The notes below the pieces were generated by a model. That model had not been told where the DNA came from and did no database searches. It was given only the letters and a program-made list of their open reading frames with translations. The translations under genes were made by a program, and so were the position numbers. From the NCBI GenBank assembly GCA_035277745.1, contig DATEJV010000090.1:1-46325 (forward strand): a DNA stretch of 46,325 nucleotides, written 5' to 3'. This DNA comes from Gammaproteobacteria bacterium. Its GTDB lineage: Bacteria; Pseudomonadota; Gammaproteobacteria; Natronospirales; REEB76. Positions 1-12,943 of the stretch are shown here, in pieces; positions within the stretch are counted from its first letter, which is position 1, and every line of letters starts with the position of its first letter.

Positions 1-165
1 TCGGATGCCTTGCGGCGTCTGATCCTGACTGAGGGCAGCAACGCCACGATGATTGCGGACCAGGCCCACAAGGAAGGCATCTGGGATCTGCGCCAGGCAG
101 GTCTGCACAAGGTAATGACCGGGATCACCAGCCTCAAGGAATTGAATCGGGTCACCGTGGAATAG
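1..165 (+). CDS. pilB: C-terminal fragment of type IV pilus assembly ATPase PilB (GspE family); 5' part lies outside the window
   Basis: The frame is open from base 1 to TAG at 163-165. It translates to ...GIWDLRQAGLHKVMTGITSLKELNRVTVE, a typical PilB/GspE C-terminal end. pilC and pilD follow directly. Confidence 0.6.
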   Translation, partial: SDALRRLILTEGSNATMIADQAHKEGIWDLRQAGLHKVMTGITSLKELNRVTVE

Positions 166-185
166 CGCACCGGGAGTCAAGCATC

Positions 186-1406
186 ATGGCCATTGCAGCT
201 GTCAAGCAATCCAATTATTTCTGGGAAGGCACCGACAAGAAAGGTGCACGTATCAAGGGCAAGACCACGGCCTCGAACGAATCCGCAGTCAAGGCGGATC
301 TGCGCCGCCAGGGCATCGTGCCGGTCCGCATCCGCAAGGAGAGTTTTCTCTCCGCATTGGGGCGTGGCAAGAAGATCAAGTCGGGCGACATCGCGTTTTT
401 CACGCGTCAATTGTCCACCATGATGAGCGCCGGCGTGCCGCTGGTGCAGGCCATCGACATCATCGGCCGCGGCCATGCCAACCCGCGCATGCGTGACATG
501 GTGCTCGGCATCAAGGCGGACGTGGAATCCGGCAATACCCTCGCGGATTCGCTCGGCAAACAGCCTTTGTATTTCGACCACCTGTACACCAACCTGGTGC
601 GCGCGGGCGAGCAATCCGGCACGCTCGAAACCCTGCTGGACCGCATCGCCACCTACAAGGAAAAGACCGAAGCCATCAAAAAGAAGATCAAGAAGGCCAT
701 GTTCTATCCGGCCGCGGTACTGGTCGTGGCCTTCATCGTGACTGCGATCCTGCTGATTTTCGTGATTCCCGAGTTCCAGTCTCTGTTCCAGGGCGCCGGC
801 GCCAGCCTGCCGGCCTTCACTCAGATGGTGATCAACCTGTCGAAATCCGTACGCCAGGAAGGCTGGATCTATCTGCTGGTAATCATTGCCATCATCGTGG
901 GCTTCGTCATGGTGCACAAACGCTCGGCGCGCTTTCGCGAATCTGTGGACCGCATCATCCTGAAACTGCCGGTTATCGGCATGATACTCACCAAGGCCTG
1001 CATCGCGCGCTTCACCCGCACCCTGGCGACCATGTTCGCGGCGGGCGTGAACCTGGTGGACGCCCTGGGCTCGGTGGCCGGCGCCACCGGCAACATCATT
1101 TACGAAAAAGCCACGCTCAAGATCCGCGATCAGGTGTCCACCGGCCAGCAGTTGAATCTGGCCATGGCGCAGGCCAACATCTTCCCGCATACCGTGGTAC
1201 AGATGATCGCCATCGGCGAGGAAGCCGGCTCGATTGACACCATGGCCTCCAAAGTTGCGGATTTCTACGAAGAGGAAGTGGACAATGCCGTGGACGCCAT
1301 GTCGAGCCTCATGGAACCCATGATCATGGTGATCCTGGGCGTCCTGATAGGTGGATTGGTGGTGGCCATGTACCTGCCGATCTTCAATCTCGGCAACGCG
1401 TTCTGA
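186..1406 (+). CDS. pilC: Type IV pilus inner-membrane platform protein PilC (GspF family)
   Basis: 406-aa ORF with ATG at 186. It shows the duplicated GspF-type pattern (FTRQLSTMMSAGVPLVQAIDII... and FTRTLATMFAAGVNLVDAL...) and sits between pilB and pilD. Confidence 0.9.
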   Translation: MAIAAVKQSNYFWEGTDKKGARIKGKTTASNESAVKADLRRQGIVPVRIRKESFLSALGRGKKIKSGDIAFFTRQLSTMMSAGVPLVQAIDIIGRGHANPRMRDMVLGIKADVESGNTLADSLGKQPLYFDHLYTNLVRAGEQSGTLETLLDRIATYKEKTEAIKKKIKKAMFYPAAVLVVAFIVTAILLIFVIPEFQSLFQGAGASLPAFTQMVINLSKSVRQEGWIYLLVIIAIIVGFVMVHKRSARFRESVDRIILKLPVIGMILTKACIARFTRTLATMFAAGVNLVDALGSVAGATGNIIYEKATLKIRDQVSTGQQLNLAMAQANIFPHTVVQMIAIGEEAGSIDTMASKVADFYEEEVDNAVDAMSSLMEPMIMVILGVLIGGLVVAMYLPIFNLGNAF

Positions 1407-1420
1407 TTTTCGTTCTCGCT

Positions 1421-1449
1421 GGGCGTGGGCGCTGCAGGCGCCCACGCCC
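1421..1449 (+). other. Perfect 12-bp GC-rich stem-loop in the pilC-pilD spacer
   Basis: GGGCGTGGGCGC (1421-1432), loop TGCAG, GCGCCCACGCCC (1438-1449). It begins 15 nt after the pilC stop. No U-run follows, so it is not a canonical terminator. Confidence 0.4.
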
Positions 1450-1464
1450 ATAAGGGCTGGCCGC

Positions 1465-2334
1465 ATGTGGTGGATAGCGTTTTTCCAGACCACACTCTGG
1501 GTCTGGGTGGTGGTGGCGGTCTGCCTCGGGTTGGTCATCGGCAGCTTCCTCAACGTCGTGATCCACCGCTTGCCGATCATGCTGGAGCGCGAATGGCGCG
1601 AGCATTGTGCGGAACTGAACGGTACCACGGCCGCCGCGGGTGAGCCCTACAACCTGGTGGTGCCGCGCTCGCGCTGTCCGCATTGCCGCCACCTGATTCA
1701 AGCACTGGACAACATCCCGCTGCTCAGTTTCCTGCTGCTGCGCGGCCGCTGCCGTCATTGCGGCGCGCGCATTTCTCTGCGTTATCCGGTCGTCGAGCTG
1801 ATTTCGGGGCTGCTCTCGGGTTGGCTGGCCTGGCATTTCGGCTTTACCTGGGCGGCCGGCGGGGCCTTGCTGCTCACTTGGGCGCTGCTGGCGCTCGCGG
1901 TCATTGATCTCGATACGCAACTGCTGCCCGACAGGATTACCCTGCCCATCCTGTGGCTGGGGTTGATATTCAACCTCGGACACGCGTTCGCCGACTTGCG
2001 GTCAGCGGTCATCGGCGCGCTCGCCGGATATCTGAGCTTGTGGTGTGTCTATCAGATTTTCAAACTCATCACCGGCAAAGAAGGCATGGGTCATGGAGAT
2101 TTCAAGCTCTATGCGCTGCTGGGCGCCTGGCTGGGTTGGCAACGCCTGCCGCTGATTATTCTGATCGCCGCGGCTTCGGGTGCGATCGTCGGCATCGGCT
2201 TGATCGCCATACGCCGCAGCCAGCGTGGCACGCCGATTCCCTTCGGGCCCTATCTGACAGTGGCCGGCTGGATTGCGTTGGTGTGGGGCCCCGAGATCAC
2301 GCGCGCTTATTTCTCGCTCTGGGGCGTGGCCTGA
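1465..2334 (+). CDS. pilD: Prepilin peptidase / N-methyltransferase PilD
   Basis: Internal ATG at 1465 gives MWWIAFFQTTLWVWVVVAVCLGLVIGSFLNVVIHRLP. The CPHCRH...CRHCG zinc motif is present and the protein is polytopic. The ORF-track start at 1351 (GTG) overlaps pilC and is unlikely. Confidence 0.9.
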   Translation: MWWIAFFQTTLWVWVVVAVCLGLVIGSFLNVVIHRLPIMLEREWREHCAELNGTTAAAGEPYNLVVPRSRCPHCRHLIQALDNIPLLSFLLLRGRCRHCGARISLRYPVVELISGLLSGWLAWHFGFTWAAGGALLLTWALLALAVIDLDTQLLPDRITLPILWLGLIFNLGHAFADLRSAVIGALAGYLSLWCVYQIFKLITGKEGMGHGDFKLYALLGAWLGWQRLPLIILIAAASGAIVGIGLIAIRRSQRGTPIPFGPYLTVAGWIALVWGPEITRAYFSLWGVA

Positions 2335-2338
2335 CGAC

Positions 2339-2989
2339 ATGCTCAGCGTAGGGCTGACCGGTGGAATCGCGAGCGGCAAAACCGAGGCGGCTGCCGCCTT
2401 CGCGCGGCTTGGCGCACCGGTAATGGATGCCGACGCCATTGCCCGGGAGCTGACGGCCCCCGGTGCGCCGGGCCTTGCGCAACTGGTCGCGGTACTCGGC
2501 GCGCAGATACTGGACCGGCACGGCCGGCTGCAACGGGCTGCTTTGCGCCGACAGTTGTTTGCGGACGCGGACCTGCGCGCGCGCGTGCAAGCGGTTCTGC
2601 ACCCGCTGATCATCCAGCGCATGCAAGCCGCCCTTGAGGATTGCCAAGCGCCTTACGCGCTGGCCGTGATTCCGCTGCTCATCGAAGCGCCCGCCGCACG
2701 CGCGCTCGTGGACCGCGTGCTGGTTGTGGACTGCCCCGAGCCCGTGCAACTCTCGCGGCTTATGTCACGTGACGGCGAGAGCGAGGTCACCGCGCAAGCC
2801 ATACTGGCAACCCAGGCGTCCCGCACCCTGCGGCTGGCGGCGGGAGATGATATTCTCATCAACACGGGCACGCTGCACGAGCTGGTCGCGGGCGTGGCTG
2901 AGCTGCACCAACTGTACATGGATATCGCCGGCCCGCGAGCGCAGTCCCGGCGGGCGGCGCGGCTACCTATGAGCGGTACTGGCATCTGA
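2339..2989 (+). CDS. coaE: Dephospho-CoA kinase
   Basis: ATG at 2339 gives MLSVGLTGGIASGKT (P-loop at the N-terminus). It holds the conserved position after pilD and before zapD. Confidence 0.85.
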   Translation: MLSVGLTGGIASGKTEAAAAFARLGAPVMDADAIARELTAPGAPGLAQLVAVLGAQILDRHGRLQRAALRRQLFADADLRARVQAVLHPLIIQRMQAALEDCQAPYALAVIPLLIEAPAARALVDRVLVVDCPEPVQLSRLMSRDGESEVTAQAILATQASRTLRLAAGDDILINTGTLHELVAGVAELHQLYMDIAGPRAQSRRAARLPMSGTGI

Positions 2990-2990
2990 C

Positions 2991-3797
2991 ATGTTGAACG
3001 CCGAGCAGGACCCGGTTACAGAGCTTTTGCCGGCTGAATGGCTGGTGTACGAGCAGCCGTTGACCGAGCGCATCCGCACCTTCCTGCGCCTGGAATTCCT
3101 GTTCGAGCAATGCGAACATCACCTGCGGCTTACCTCGCCCTGGGACAGCCGCGCGGCGCTCGCCGCCATTCTGGAGATCGGCGCGTTGCTCACCCGCGGC
3201 GACGTGCGTACCGAGGTGCTCAAGGAACTCGAACGCTGCCTGTATTTCCTGAGCCGGCTTGCCGGCAGTCCCGAAGTGGACAATGCGCGCCTGCAGTCGG
3301 TGCTGGCTGAACTCGAAACCCTGCGCAAGGCCATGAACGGCGATGGCCGACCGCTCGGCCAGATGCTCAAGGACAACGAGTTTCTCAACACCATCCGCAA
3401 CCGCATGGCAATTCCCGGTGGTACCTGCCAGTTCGACTTGCCCGCGTATCACGCCTGGCTAAGCCAGCCGCACTCCAGGCGCAATCCCGACATGCAGGCA
3501 TGGCTGGAGGAAATCCGCCCGCTGCGTGACACCATCAGCCTGCTACTGGCGCTCAGCCGTGAAAGCGCGATGCCCACGCGCGAAGTGGCTGAACAGGGCA
3601 TGTTCATGCGCGTCCTGGACGCAGCTTCCTGTCCGCTGGTGCGCGTCATGGTGCCAGCCACCAGCAGCGTGTTCCCGGAAATCAGCGCCGGACGCCAGCG
3701 CATCACCATCCATTTCCTGGAACGCCAGGAAGCCGGCGGGCGCGCCCAGTTGGTCAAGTCCGACATCAGCTTCAGACTGGTGTGCTGCCAGTTGTGA
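2991..3797 (+). CDS. zapD: Cell division protein ZapD (YacF family)
   Basis: 268-aa ORF beginning ...[21 protein letters not shown], the typical ZapD N-terminus. The conserved coaE-zapD-yacG order supports the call. Confidence 0.8.
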   Translation: MLNAEQDPVTELLPAEWLVYEQPLTERIRTFLRLEFLFEQCEHHLRLTSPWDSRAALAAILEIGALLTRGDVRTEVLKELERCLYFLSRLAGSPEVDNARLQSVLAELETLRKAMNGDGRPLGQMLKDNEFLNTIRNRMAIPGGTCQFDLPAYHAWLSQPHSRRNPDMQAWLEEIRPLRDTISLLLALSRESAMPTREVAEQGMFMRVLDAASCPLVRVMVPATSSVFPEISAGRQRITIHFLERQEAGGRAQLVKSDISFRLVCCQL

Positions 3798-4000
3798 AGC
3801 CGGTCGATCCGCACACCACAGCCACAGGGGTCGTCGCCTGCCCGCACTGCGGCAAAGCCGTCAGTTGGGATGCCGTATCGGCATGGAAACCATTCTGCAG
3901 CGAACGCTGCCGTCTCATCGATCTCGGCGGCTGGTTGGCAGGGAAACATGCGATCCCGGGCGATGCCGCACCGGTACGCGAAGATGAATCGCCAGATTAA
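3782..4000 (+). CDS. yacG: DNA gyrase inhibitor YacG (zinc finger)
   Basis: Carries CPHCGK...[14 protein letters not shown], matching the YacG CxxC...C..RC..IDLG.W signature. The start is uncertain (GTG at 3782 or 3794). It overlaps the zapD stop. Confidence 0.8.
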   Translation: MLPVVKPVDPHTTATGVVACPHCGKAVSWDAVSAWKPFCSERCRLIDLGGWLAGKHAIPGDAAPVREDESPD

Positions 4001-4938
4001 CCGCGCCAGAAACCGCGGATTCCCGCCACTCCGTAGCCACCCAGCTCGCGGACTTGCGCCAAGTCTTCCGCACGCAGGCCGCCGATCGCATACACCGGCA
4101 ACTGACTGAGCGCGGCGAGGGATTTGAAGCCCCCCCACCCGAGTGGCTGGGCCTGCGCATGGCTCGGCGTAGGCAAAACCGGGCCCAAAATCACGTAATC
4201 CAGGCCCAGGTCCTGCGCCCGGTGAACTTGCGCTTCAGCGTGACAGGATGCGCCGCACAGGAATTCCCGCGGCATCGGTCGGTGTTCAATCTGTGCCAGG
4301 CGCACACCGTTCAGGTGCACGCCGTCCGCGTTCAACTCGCTCGCCCACTCCGGATCCGCATTCAGCACTACGCGCGCGCCGAACTCGCGGCACAGGCGGA
4401 TGACCTCGCGTGCCAGGCCAGCATAGGTGGCCCGAGCCAGAGCGGGCGCCCTCAGTTGCACGAATTCCAGGCCGTGCTGCAGGGCGTTGCCAAGTTGGCG
4501 GAGAAAGTCTTCCCGATCGGCACCGGGTGAAGGTGTGACCAGCATGTGCGGCGGCAAGCGCAGCGCCCTGACAATCGGGGCATCGGCCGGCAACAGATTC
4601 AGTCCAACGAGTGCCTCAGGCCGCATCCAGGCAAAAGCCTGACCCTCGTGCGCCTGGGCTGCACCGCTGTAGCGCTGCACCCGCCACACATTCAGCTCGA
4701 CCCGCCGCTCGGGGTAATCATGACTCAGCTGCAGCCACGCCTGAGCCGCATGCACCGTGAGCCCAAGTTCCTCCTGCAGTTCGCGTTCCAACGCCGCCCG
4801 CGGCGTCTCGCCGGCTTCGATCTTTCCGCCCGGGAACTCCCAATATCCCGCCCAGGGCTTGCCGGCCGGCCGCTGGTTGACCAGCACCCGGCCTTGTCCG
4901 TCCTTGAGCACCGCGGCGACTACTTGAATGATTTGCAT
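3997..4938 (-). CDS. mutT: Nudix (MutT-type) hydrolase fused to a ThiE/TenI-like thiamine-phosphate-synthase-fold domain
   Basis: The N-terminus carries the Nudix box [23 protein letters not shown]. The C-terminal ~180 aa (LEFVQLR...DGVHLN...DYVILGPV...PVYAIGG) resembles ThiE/TenI. It lies downstream of secA, as mutT does in E. coli. Confidence 0.8.
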   Translation of the reverse strand: MQIIQVVAAVLKDGQGRVLVNQRPAGKPWAGYWEFPGGKIEAGETPRAALERELQEELGLTVHAAQAWLQLSHDYPERRVELNVWRVQRYSGAAQAHEGQAFAWMRPEALVGLNLLPADAPIVRALRLPPHMLVTPSPGADREDFLRQLGNALQHGLEFVQLRAPALARATYAGLAREVIRLCREFGARVVLNADPEWASELNADGVHLNGVRLAQIEHRPMPREFLCGASCHAEAQVHRAQDLGLDYVILGPVLPTPSHAQAQPLGWGGFKSLAALSQLPVYAIGGLRAEDLAQVRELGGYGVAGIRGFWRG

Positions 4939-4975
4939 CCAGCATCTGGCGCGGCCAAAGACCGCACAACCCCCC

Positions 4976-5019
4976 TCACTCTTGCCTCTCCCCGGAAATG
5001 GGGAGAGGAGACAAGGTGA
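4976..5019 (-). other. Imperfect long stem-loop downstream of secA (possible terminator or REP-type hairpin)
   Basis: The core is CCTCTCCCC (4985-4993), loop GGAAAT, GGGGAGAGG (5000-5008). It is extended by TCACTCTTG / CAAGGTGA. It starts 16 nt past the secA stop and has no U-run. Confidence 0.35.
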
Positions 5020-5034
5020 AGGCGGCGGCGCAAA

Positions 5035-7752
<2,718 letters not shown>

Positions 7753-7931
7753 GCGTGCTGGGAGCCACCCGCTGAAAGTGTCAGGGCGGGCTGTGGCCCG
7801 CAAACCCGCCTGCCATATAGGCGCACGGGCGTGAATTCAAGGCGGTTGCTGGGATTTGGCCGCCGGACCGGGTCAGGCTCGGCCGGCAGCGGGAACAGGG
7901 CAGCCGGAAAGCCGCAATGCGGCGCGCTGCC

Positions 7932-8885
7932 TCAGTCGAAGCTGTGCGGCACCGCGGCGACCCGCAGTTGCCCCACACTGTTCACAAACTGGGCCGGATT
8001 GACCGGCTTGCCATTGTATAGGACTTCAAAATGAACGTGGGGACCGGTGGAACGGCCGGTAGAGCCCAGCAAGGCGATTTCCTGGCCCTTTTTCACCACC
8101 TCGCCTACATGCACCAGCAGCTTTTCACTATGGCCGTAGAGCGTGGAGTAGCCGTTGCCGTGATCGATTTCCACCATATCGCCGTAACCCGCACGCGGGC
8201 CGGCCCAGGTCACCACACCCGCGGCCACCGCTTTGACGGGCTCGCCTTCCGGACCGGCAAAATCAATGCCCGGATGAAATGACAGCTCGCCGGTGAACGG
8301 GTCGATGCGCATGCCGAACGGCGAACTTTCATAGCCTTCCACCACCGGCGGACCGGAGGGTCGCGCCTGCAACTGCACGGCCCGATGCATCAGCAGGCCC
8401 TCCAGCACCGTAAGCTGCTGTTCACGGCTGTTGATCTGGTCCGAAAGCTGGTCGAGGTCGTCGAGAAAGTCCGGCAGCCCCACGTGCTGCAGCGGAGCGC
8501 TGATCTCGGGGCCGCCTTCGGCCGGCGGGGCGCTGAAATTGAACTCGCCATGTTTCAGCCCGGCCATGCGCGTAAGCAGCTGCCCGAGGGCGTCCAGCCG
8601 GGTGATGTGCGCCTGCAGTGCGCCCACCTTGGCGGACAGGGCGTCGATATTCACTTGCGCGACCTGTTTGGCGTGCGCCACCTCGCGCGCCTGGGTATTG
8701 AACTGTGCCTGCAATGCCTGCACATGGCTGGACGGCCTGGCCAGCCAGCTGGACGTGAGATAACCGGCCACGAACAGCACTGCCGCCGCCAGCAGGCCGG
8801 CGAATGCGGTACCCGCAAGGCAGGCAGGCCGCGTCAGATCAAACTGGCGCAGCCGACCCTGTTTTATAAATAAAATCTGGCTCAT
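7932..8885 (-). CDS. M23/LytM-family murein endopeptidase with N-terminal membrane anchor and coiled coil
   Basis: The C-terminal LytM signature is HPGIDFAG...GNGYSTLYGHSEKLLV...GSTGRSTGPHVHFEV. Start is ATG at 8885 (weak GGAA upstream) or ATG at 8912. The position between secA and lpxC matches Pseudomonas. Confidence 0.85.
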   Translation of the reverse strand: MSQILFIKQGRLRQFDLTRPACLAGTAFAGLLAAAVLFVAGYLTSSWLARPSSHVQALQAQFNTQAREVAHAKQVAQVNIDALSAKVGALQAHITRLDALGQLLTRMAGLKHGEFNFSAPPAEGGPEISAPLQHVGLPDFLDDLDQLSDQINSREQQLTVLEGLLMHRAVQLQARPSGPPVVEGYESSPFGMRIDPFTGELSFHPGIDFAGPEGEPVKAVAAGVVTWAGPRAGYGDMVEIDHGNGYSTLYGHSEKLLVHVGEVVKKGQEIALLGSTGRSTGPHVHFEVLYNGKPVNPAQFVNSVGQLRVAAVPHSFD

Positions 8886-8917
8886 GTACCCAATTTCCGT
8901 ATAACCTGTCATTCACG

Positions 8918-9358
8918 ATGCAACCGAGATCCCAGTCACTCAAGGCATTGCTCAGCGGCAACACCGAATTAAGACAATTGACGGCGACCGTCCGTGAGCT
9001 GCAGCAACTGCACAAAACGGTGTGCCGCTTGCTGCCCGATGCTCTGCGCGGCCATTGTCTGGGTGTCGAGCAGCCGGCCGATACGCTGATCATTTATATG
9101 GATAACGCGGCCAACGCCACGCTGATCCGCTACCAGCAACGTCAACTTCTGTCCCAGCTCGCAAACCTGCGACGGTCCTGCAAACACCTCAAGGTGCGGA
9201 TCCTGCCGCCGGCGGCGCCACCGCCCACTCCCAAACGCGTGTCCCGTTCCTTGCCGGAATCCGTTCGCGCCATGCTGCAGAACACGGCCACGGGGCTGGA
9301 GGATGGACCCCTCAGCCGTTCGCTTCGCAACCTTGCCCGCCGCAGCCCGCGGACATAG
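8918..9358 (+). CDS. DUF721 / DciA-like small protein
   Basis: 146-aa ORF, divergent from the M23 gene and convergent with lpxC. This is the slot occupied by a DUF721 gene in Pseudomonas. The pattern ...LRQL...L..LH..V...LP..L..HC....Q..DTLIIYMDNAANATLIRY fits that family. The call rests on pattern and synteny only. Confidence 0.55.
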   Translation: MQPRSQSLKALLSGNTELRQLTATVRELQQLHKTVCRLLPDALRGHCLGVEQPADTLIIYMDNAANATLIRYQQRQLLSQLANLRRSCKHLKVRILPPAAPPPTPKRVSRSLPESVRAMLQNTATGLEDGPLSRSLRNLARRSPRT

Positions 9359-9387
9359 TTCCCGCCCAGCGCAGCTGCCGCAGGTGT

Positions 9388-10299
9388 CTAGAGCGCGTGC
9401 ACCGGAGTCATGTAGGAAATCGGTGCCGCGGCCGCGTCATCAAATGTGACTTCTTCCCAAGCCGTTTTCTGCGCGCGCAGTGCGCGCAACAGAGTGTTGT
9501 TGAGACCGTGACCCGACTTGTAGGCGCTGAATGCCCCGATCAGGCTGTGGCCGAGCAGATACAAATCGCCGATGGAATCCAGAATCTTGTGCTTGACGAA
9601 CTCGTCCTCGTAGCGCAATCCGTCCTCGTTGAGAATGCGGTAATCGTCGAGCGCAATGGCGTTATCCAGCGAGGCGCCCAGCGTCAGGTGTTTCTGGCGC
9701 AGCATTTCAATATCGCGCATGAACCCGAAGGTGCGCGCACGACTCACTTCCTTGACGAACGAGGTGGTGGAAAAATCCACGCTCGCGCTCTGCGTGTGCT
9801 TTTTGAAAATCGGGTGATCGAAATCGATCTGGAAGCTGACCTTGAATCCGTCGAAGCGTTCAAAGCGCGCCCATTTGTCGCCGTCGCGCACTTCTACGGT
9901 GTCGCGGATACGGATGAAGCGCTTGTGGGCGTTCTGCTCTTCGATACCGGCGGACTGCAGCAGGAACACGAACGGTCCGGCGCTGCCATCCATGATCGGC
10001 ACTTCCGCGGCGCTCAGATCCACATAGGCGTTATCAATGCCCAGACCGGCGAAGGCGGACAACAGGTGTTCGACGGTGGAAACGCGCACCTCGCCGTCCA
10101 CCAGCGTGGTGCCGAGCATGGTGTCGCCGACGTGTTCGGCGTTAGCGCGGATCTCGACGGGTTGCTCCAGATCCACGCGGCGAAACAGCACCCCGGTATT
10201 GGGAGCCGCCGGGCGCAGGGTCATGTAAACCTTTTCGCCGGTGTGCAGTCCCACGCCAGTGGCGCGGATCGAATTCTTGAGCGTGCGCTGTTTCAACAT
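9388..10299 (-). CDS. lpxC: UDP-3-O-acyl-N-acetylglucosamine deacetylase
   Basis: ATG at 10299 gives [24 protein letters not shown], the canonical LpxC N-terminus. It lies immediately downstream of ftsZ. Confidence 0.95.
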   Translation of the reverse strand: MLKQRTLKNSIRATGVGLHTGEKVYMTLRPAAPNTGVLFRRVDLEQPVEIRANAEHVGDTMLGTTLVDGEVRVSTVEHLLSAFAGLGIDNAYVDLSAAEVPIMDGSAGPFVFLLQSAGIEEQNAHKRFIRIRDTVEVRDGDKWARFERFDGFKVSFQIDFDHPIFKKHTQSASVDFSTTSFVKEVSRARTFGFMRDIEMLRQKHLTLGASLDNAIALDDYRILNEDGLRYEDEFVKHKILDSIGDLYLLGHSLIGAFSAYKSGHGLNNTLLRALRAQKTAWEEVTFDDAAAAPISYMTPVHAL

Positions 10300-10495
10300 G
10301 CGGTCGTGCAATCTGCCCTGTCAGGAATCGCGTGCCCGCCTGTCCCCGGTTGACGGACGCCTGCTTGTAGCGTGTACCGAGCACGGCAGTTCGCCACGGG
10401 CTACCCTCCACGCGCGCCTGCTGGTGAACGAGCGTGTACGGTATCACAGCGCCGCCTGCAGCCTCAAGGATTTCATGACCTTACATCAGGTTTTT

Positions 10496-11668
10496 TCAGT
10501 CCGCCTGTCGCCTCAGAAAGGCGGGGATGTCGAGGTAGTCCTGACTTTGGGGGTCATGATCACCCCGGTCCCGCTGCCGCGCGTAAGCGGGGCGCTCGAG
10601 CTTTTTCCAGTCCGGGCGTTCATCGGTGCCCGTACGTGCCAGGGACACGAACTCGGGCGCGGGCACCGCCACGGGCACCGGCTTCGCCGCCGTTGTCGCC
10701 TGCATTTGCGGACGGGTCAGGCCGGTGGCCACCACCGTCACCCGGATTTCGTCGTTCATGGAGGGATCGAGGACGGTACCGACCTTGATGGACGCATCCT
10801 CGACCGCGTAACTGTGGGCGATGTCCATGACTTCCTCGTATTCACCCATGGTCAGATCCATGCCCGCGGTGATGTTCACCAGAATGCCGCGCGCTCCCTG
10901 CAGGTTGATGTTTTCCAGCAGCGGACTGGTGACCGCCGCTTCGGTGGCGCGACGCGCGCGCCCCTCGCCGCTCGCGTGACCGGTGCCCATCATTGCGGTA
11001 CCCATTTCCGCCATCACCGTGCGCACATCGGCGAAATCCAGGTTCATGAGTCCCGGCCGCGTGATGATGTCGGCGATGCCGCGCACCGCGCCGTGCAGCA
11101 CCTCGTTGGCCGCCTGAAACGCCTGTAACACGGGCACGTCGCGTCCCAGCACCGCCGAAAGTTTCTCGTTGGGGATCACGATCAGCGAGTCCACGTATTG
11201 CGCGAGTTCAGTCAATCCCTGCTCCGCCACTTTCATGCGCTTGCTGCCTTCATGCGGAAACGGCTTGGTCACCACCGCCACCACCAGCACGTCCAGTTCT
11301 TTGGCCACCTGCGCCACCACCGGTGCGGCGCCGGTACCGGTGCCGCCGCCCATGCCGGCGGTGATGAACACCATGTCGCTGCCGCGCAGCACCTCTTCCA
11401 GGCGGTCGCGATCCTCGAGCGCGGCTTGTTTGCCGGTTTCCGGATTGGAACCGGCGCCCAGCCCGCGGGTGAGATTGCTGCCGATCTGCAGCGTGGTGCG
11501 AGCGTTGATTTTCTTCAGCACCTGCGCGTCGGTATTGATGGCGACGAAATCCACGCCCTCGATGCCGCTTGCCAGCATGTGCTGCACGGCGTTGCCGCCG
11601 CCACCGCCCACGCCCACCACCTTGATGACGGCACTCTGATTCACGTCCTCTTCAATTGTCCAGTTCAT
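10496..11668 (-). CDS. ftsZ: Cell division GTPase FtsZ
   Basis: ATG at 11668 is preceded by GAGGAGA. The protein carries [15 protein letters not shown] and GGTGTGAAP tubulin motifs, and the C-terminal [14 protein letters not shown] peptide. Confidence 0.95.
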   Translation of the reverse strand: MNWTIEEDVNQSAVIKVVGVGGGGGNAVQHMLASGIEGVDFVAINTDAQVLKKINARTTLQIGSNLTRGLGAGSNPETGKQAALEDRDRLEEVLRGSDMVFITAGMGGGTGTGAAPVVAQVAKELDVLVVAVVTKPFPHEGSKRMKVAEQGLTELAQYVDSLIVIPNEKLSAVLGRDVPVLQAFQAANEVLHGAVRGIADIITRPGLMNLDFADVRTVMAEMGTAMMGTGHASGEGRARRATEAAVTSPLLENINLQGARGILVNITAGMDLTMGEYEEVMDIAHSYAVEDASIKVGTVLDPSMNDEIRVTVVATGLTRPQMQATTAAKPVPVAVPAPEFVSLARTGTDERPDWKKLERPAYARQRDRGDHDPQSQDYLDIPAFLRRQAD

Positions 11669-11701
11669 GTCCCGGTCTCCTCTGCTGGTTGCGAAATCCA
11701 C

Positions 11702-12943
11702 TCAAAACGAACCCTGAAACCACTGCTTCATGCGCTGCCATACATCTCTGACGTTCACGTTGCCCGCCAGTCGCCGCGAGCCGCCGTCGTGCGGCTGGCT
11801 CTGCGCGCCGAACAACAACAAGCCCACGCCGGTGGCGTGAATCGGGTTGCGCACCACGTCCGCCAGTCCGGTGACGTACTGCGGCACGCCCAGGCGCACC
11901 GGCGAATGGAATACTTCTTCGGCGAGCTCCACCGCGCCTTCCATCTTGGCGCTGCCGCCGGTGAGTACTACGCCCGCGGGCACCGCGTCCTCGAAGCCGC
12001 TGCGCCGCAGTTCCGCCTGCACCAGGCTGAAGAGTTCCTCGTAACGCGGCTCGACCACTTCGGCGAGCGTCTGGCGTGCCAGGCGCCGCGCGGGCCGCTC
12101 GCCGACGCTCGGCACCTCGATGGTCTCGTCGGCGCTCGCGAGTTGCGGCAGCGCGCAGGCGTACTTGATCTTGATGTCCTCGGCGTGATGCGTGGGCGTG
12201 CGCAGCGCTACGGCGATATCGTTGGTCACCTGGTCGCCGGCAATCGGGATCACCGCGGTATGGCGGATGGCACCCTCGGTGAACACCGCGATGTCGGTGG
12301 TGCCGCCGCCGATGTCCACCAGGCACACGCCTAGGTCCTTCTCGTCCTCGTTGAGCACCGCGTAACTGGAAGCCAGTTGCTCGAGAATGATGTCGTCCAC
12401 CTTCAGCCCGCAGCGCTCCACGCAGCGCACGATGTTTTGCGCGGCGCTGAGCGCGCCGGTAACGATGTGCACGTGCACTTCGAGGCGCACCCCGGACATG
12501 CCCACGGGCTCGCGGATGCCGTCCTGGCCGTCAATCACGAAGTCCTGCGGCAGCACATGCAGGATTTTCTGGTCCGCCGGCACGCTCACCGCGCGTGCCG
12601 CGTCGATCACGCGCTCCACGTCGAGCGCGGTCACCTCCTTGTCGCGGATGGCCACCACCCCATGCGAATTCAGGCTGCGCACGTGGCCGCCGGCGATGCC
12701 GGTATATACCGAATGGATCTGGCAACCGGCCATCAATTCGGCCTCGGCCACCGCGCGTTGGATGGACTGCACCGTGGACTCGATGTTGACCACCACCCCG
12801 CGCTTCAGGCCGCGCGAGGGGTGCGAACCGATGCCGACGATCTCGATGGCGCCGTCCGCGAGAATCTCGCCGACGATGGCCACCACCTTGGAGGTGCCGA
12901 CGTCGAGTCCCACGATGAGTTGCTTGTCGGTCTTTCTAACCAT
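11702..12943 (-). CDS. ftsA: Cell division protein FtsA
   Basis: ATG at 12943 gives [20 protein letters not shown] (actin-like fold). The longer ORF-track form reaching 13393 overlaps ftsQ out of frame. Confidence 0.95.
   Translation of the reverse strand: MVRKTDKQLIVGLDVGTSKVVAIVGEILADGAIEIVGIGSHPSRGLKRGVVVNIESTVQSIQRAVAEAELMAGCQIHSVYTGIAGGHVRSLNSHGVVAIRDKEVTALDVERVIDAARAVSVPADQKILHVLPQDFVIDGQDGIREPVGMSGVRLEVHVHIVTGALSAAQNIVRCVERCGLKVDDIILEQLASSYAVLNEDEKDLGVCLVDIGGGTTDIAVFTEGAIRHTAVIPIAGDQVTNDIAVALRTPTHHAEDIKIKYACALPQLASADETIEVPSVGERPARRLARQTLAEVVEPRYEELFSLVQAELRRSGFEDAVPAGVVLTGGSAKMEGAVELAEEVFHSPVRLGVPQYVTGLADVVRNPIHATGVGLLLFGAQSQPHDGGSRRLAGNVNVRDVWQRMKQWFQGSF

Noticed and set aside
7753-7931. 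A search for a secM-like leader peptide or other small gene upstream of secA.
   Set aside because: No ORF with a signal peptide or arrest motif is present. The spacer holds only GC-rich pairing (GGCAGCG...CGCTGCC with an inner GCCGC-AAT-GCGGC), which probably ends the M23 peptidase transcript. The evidence is too weak to annotate.
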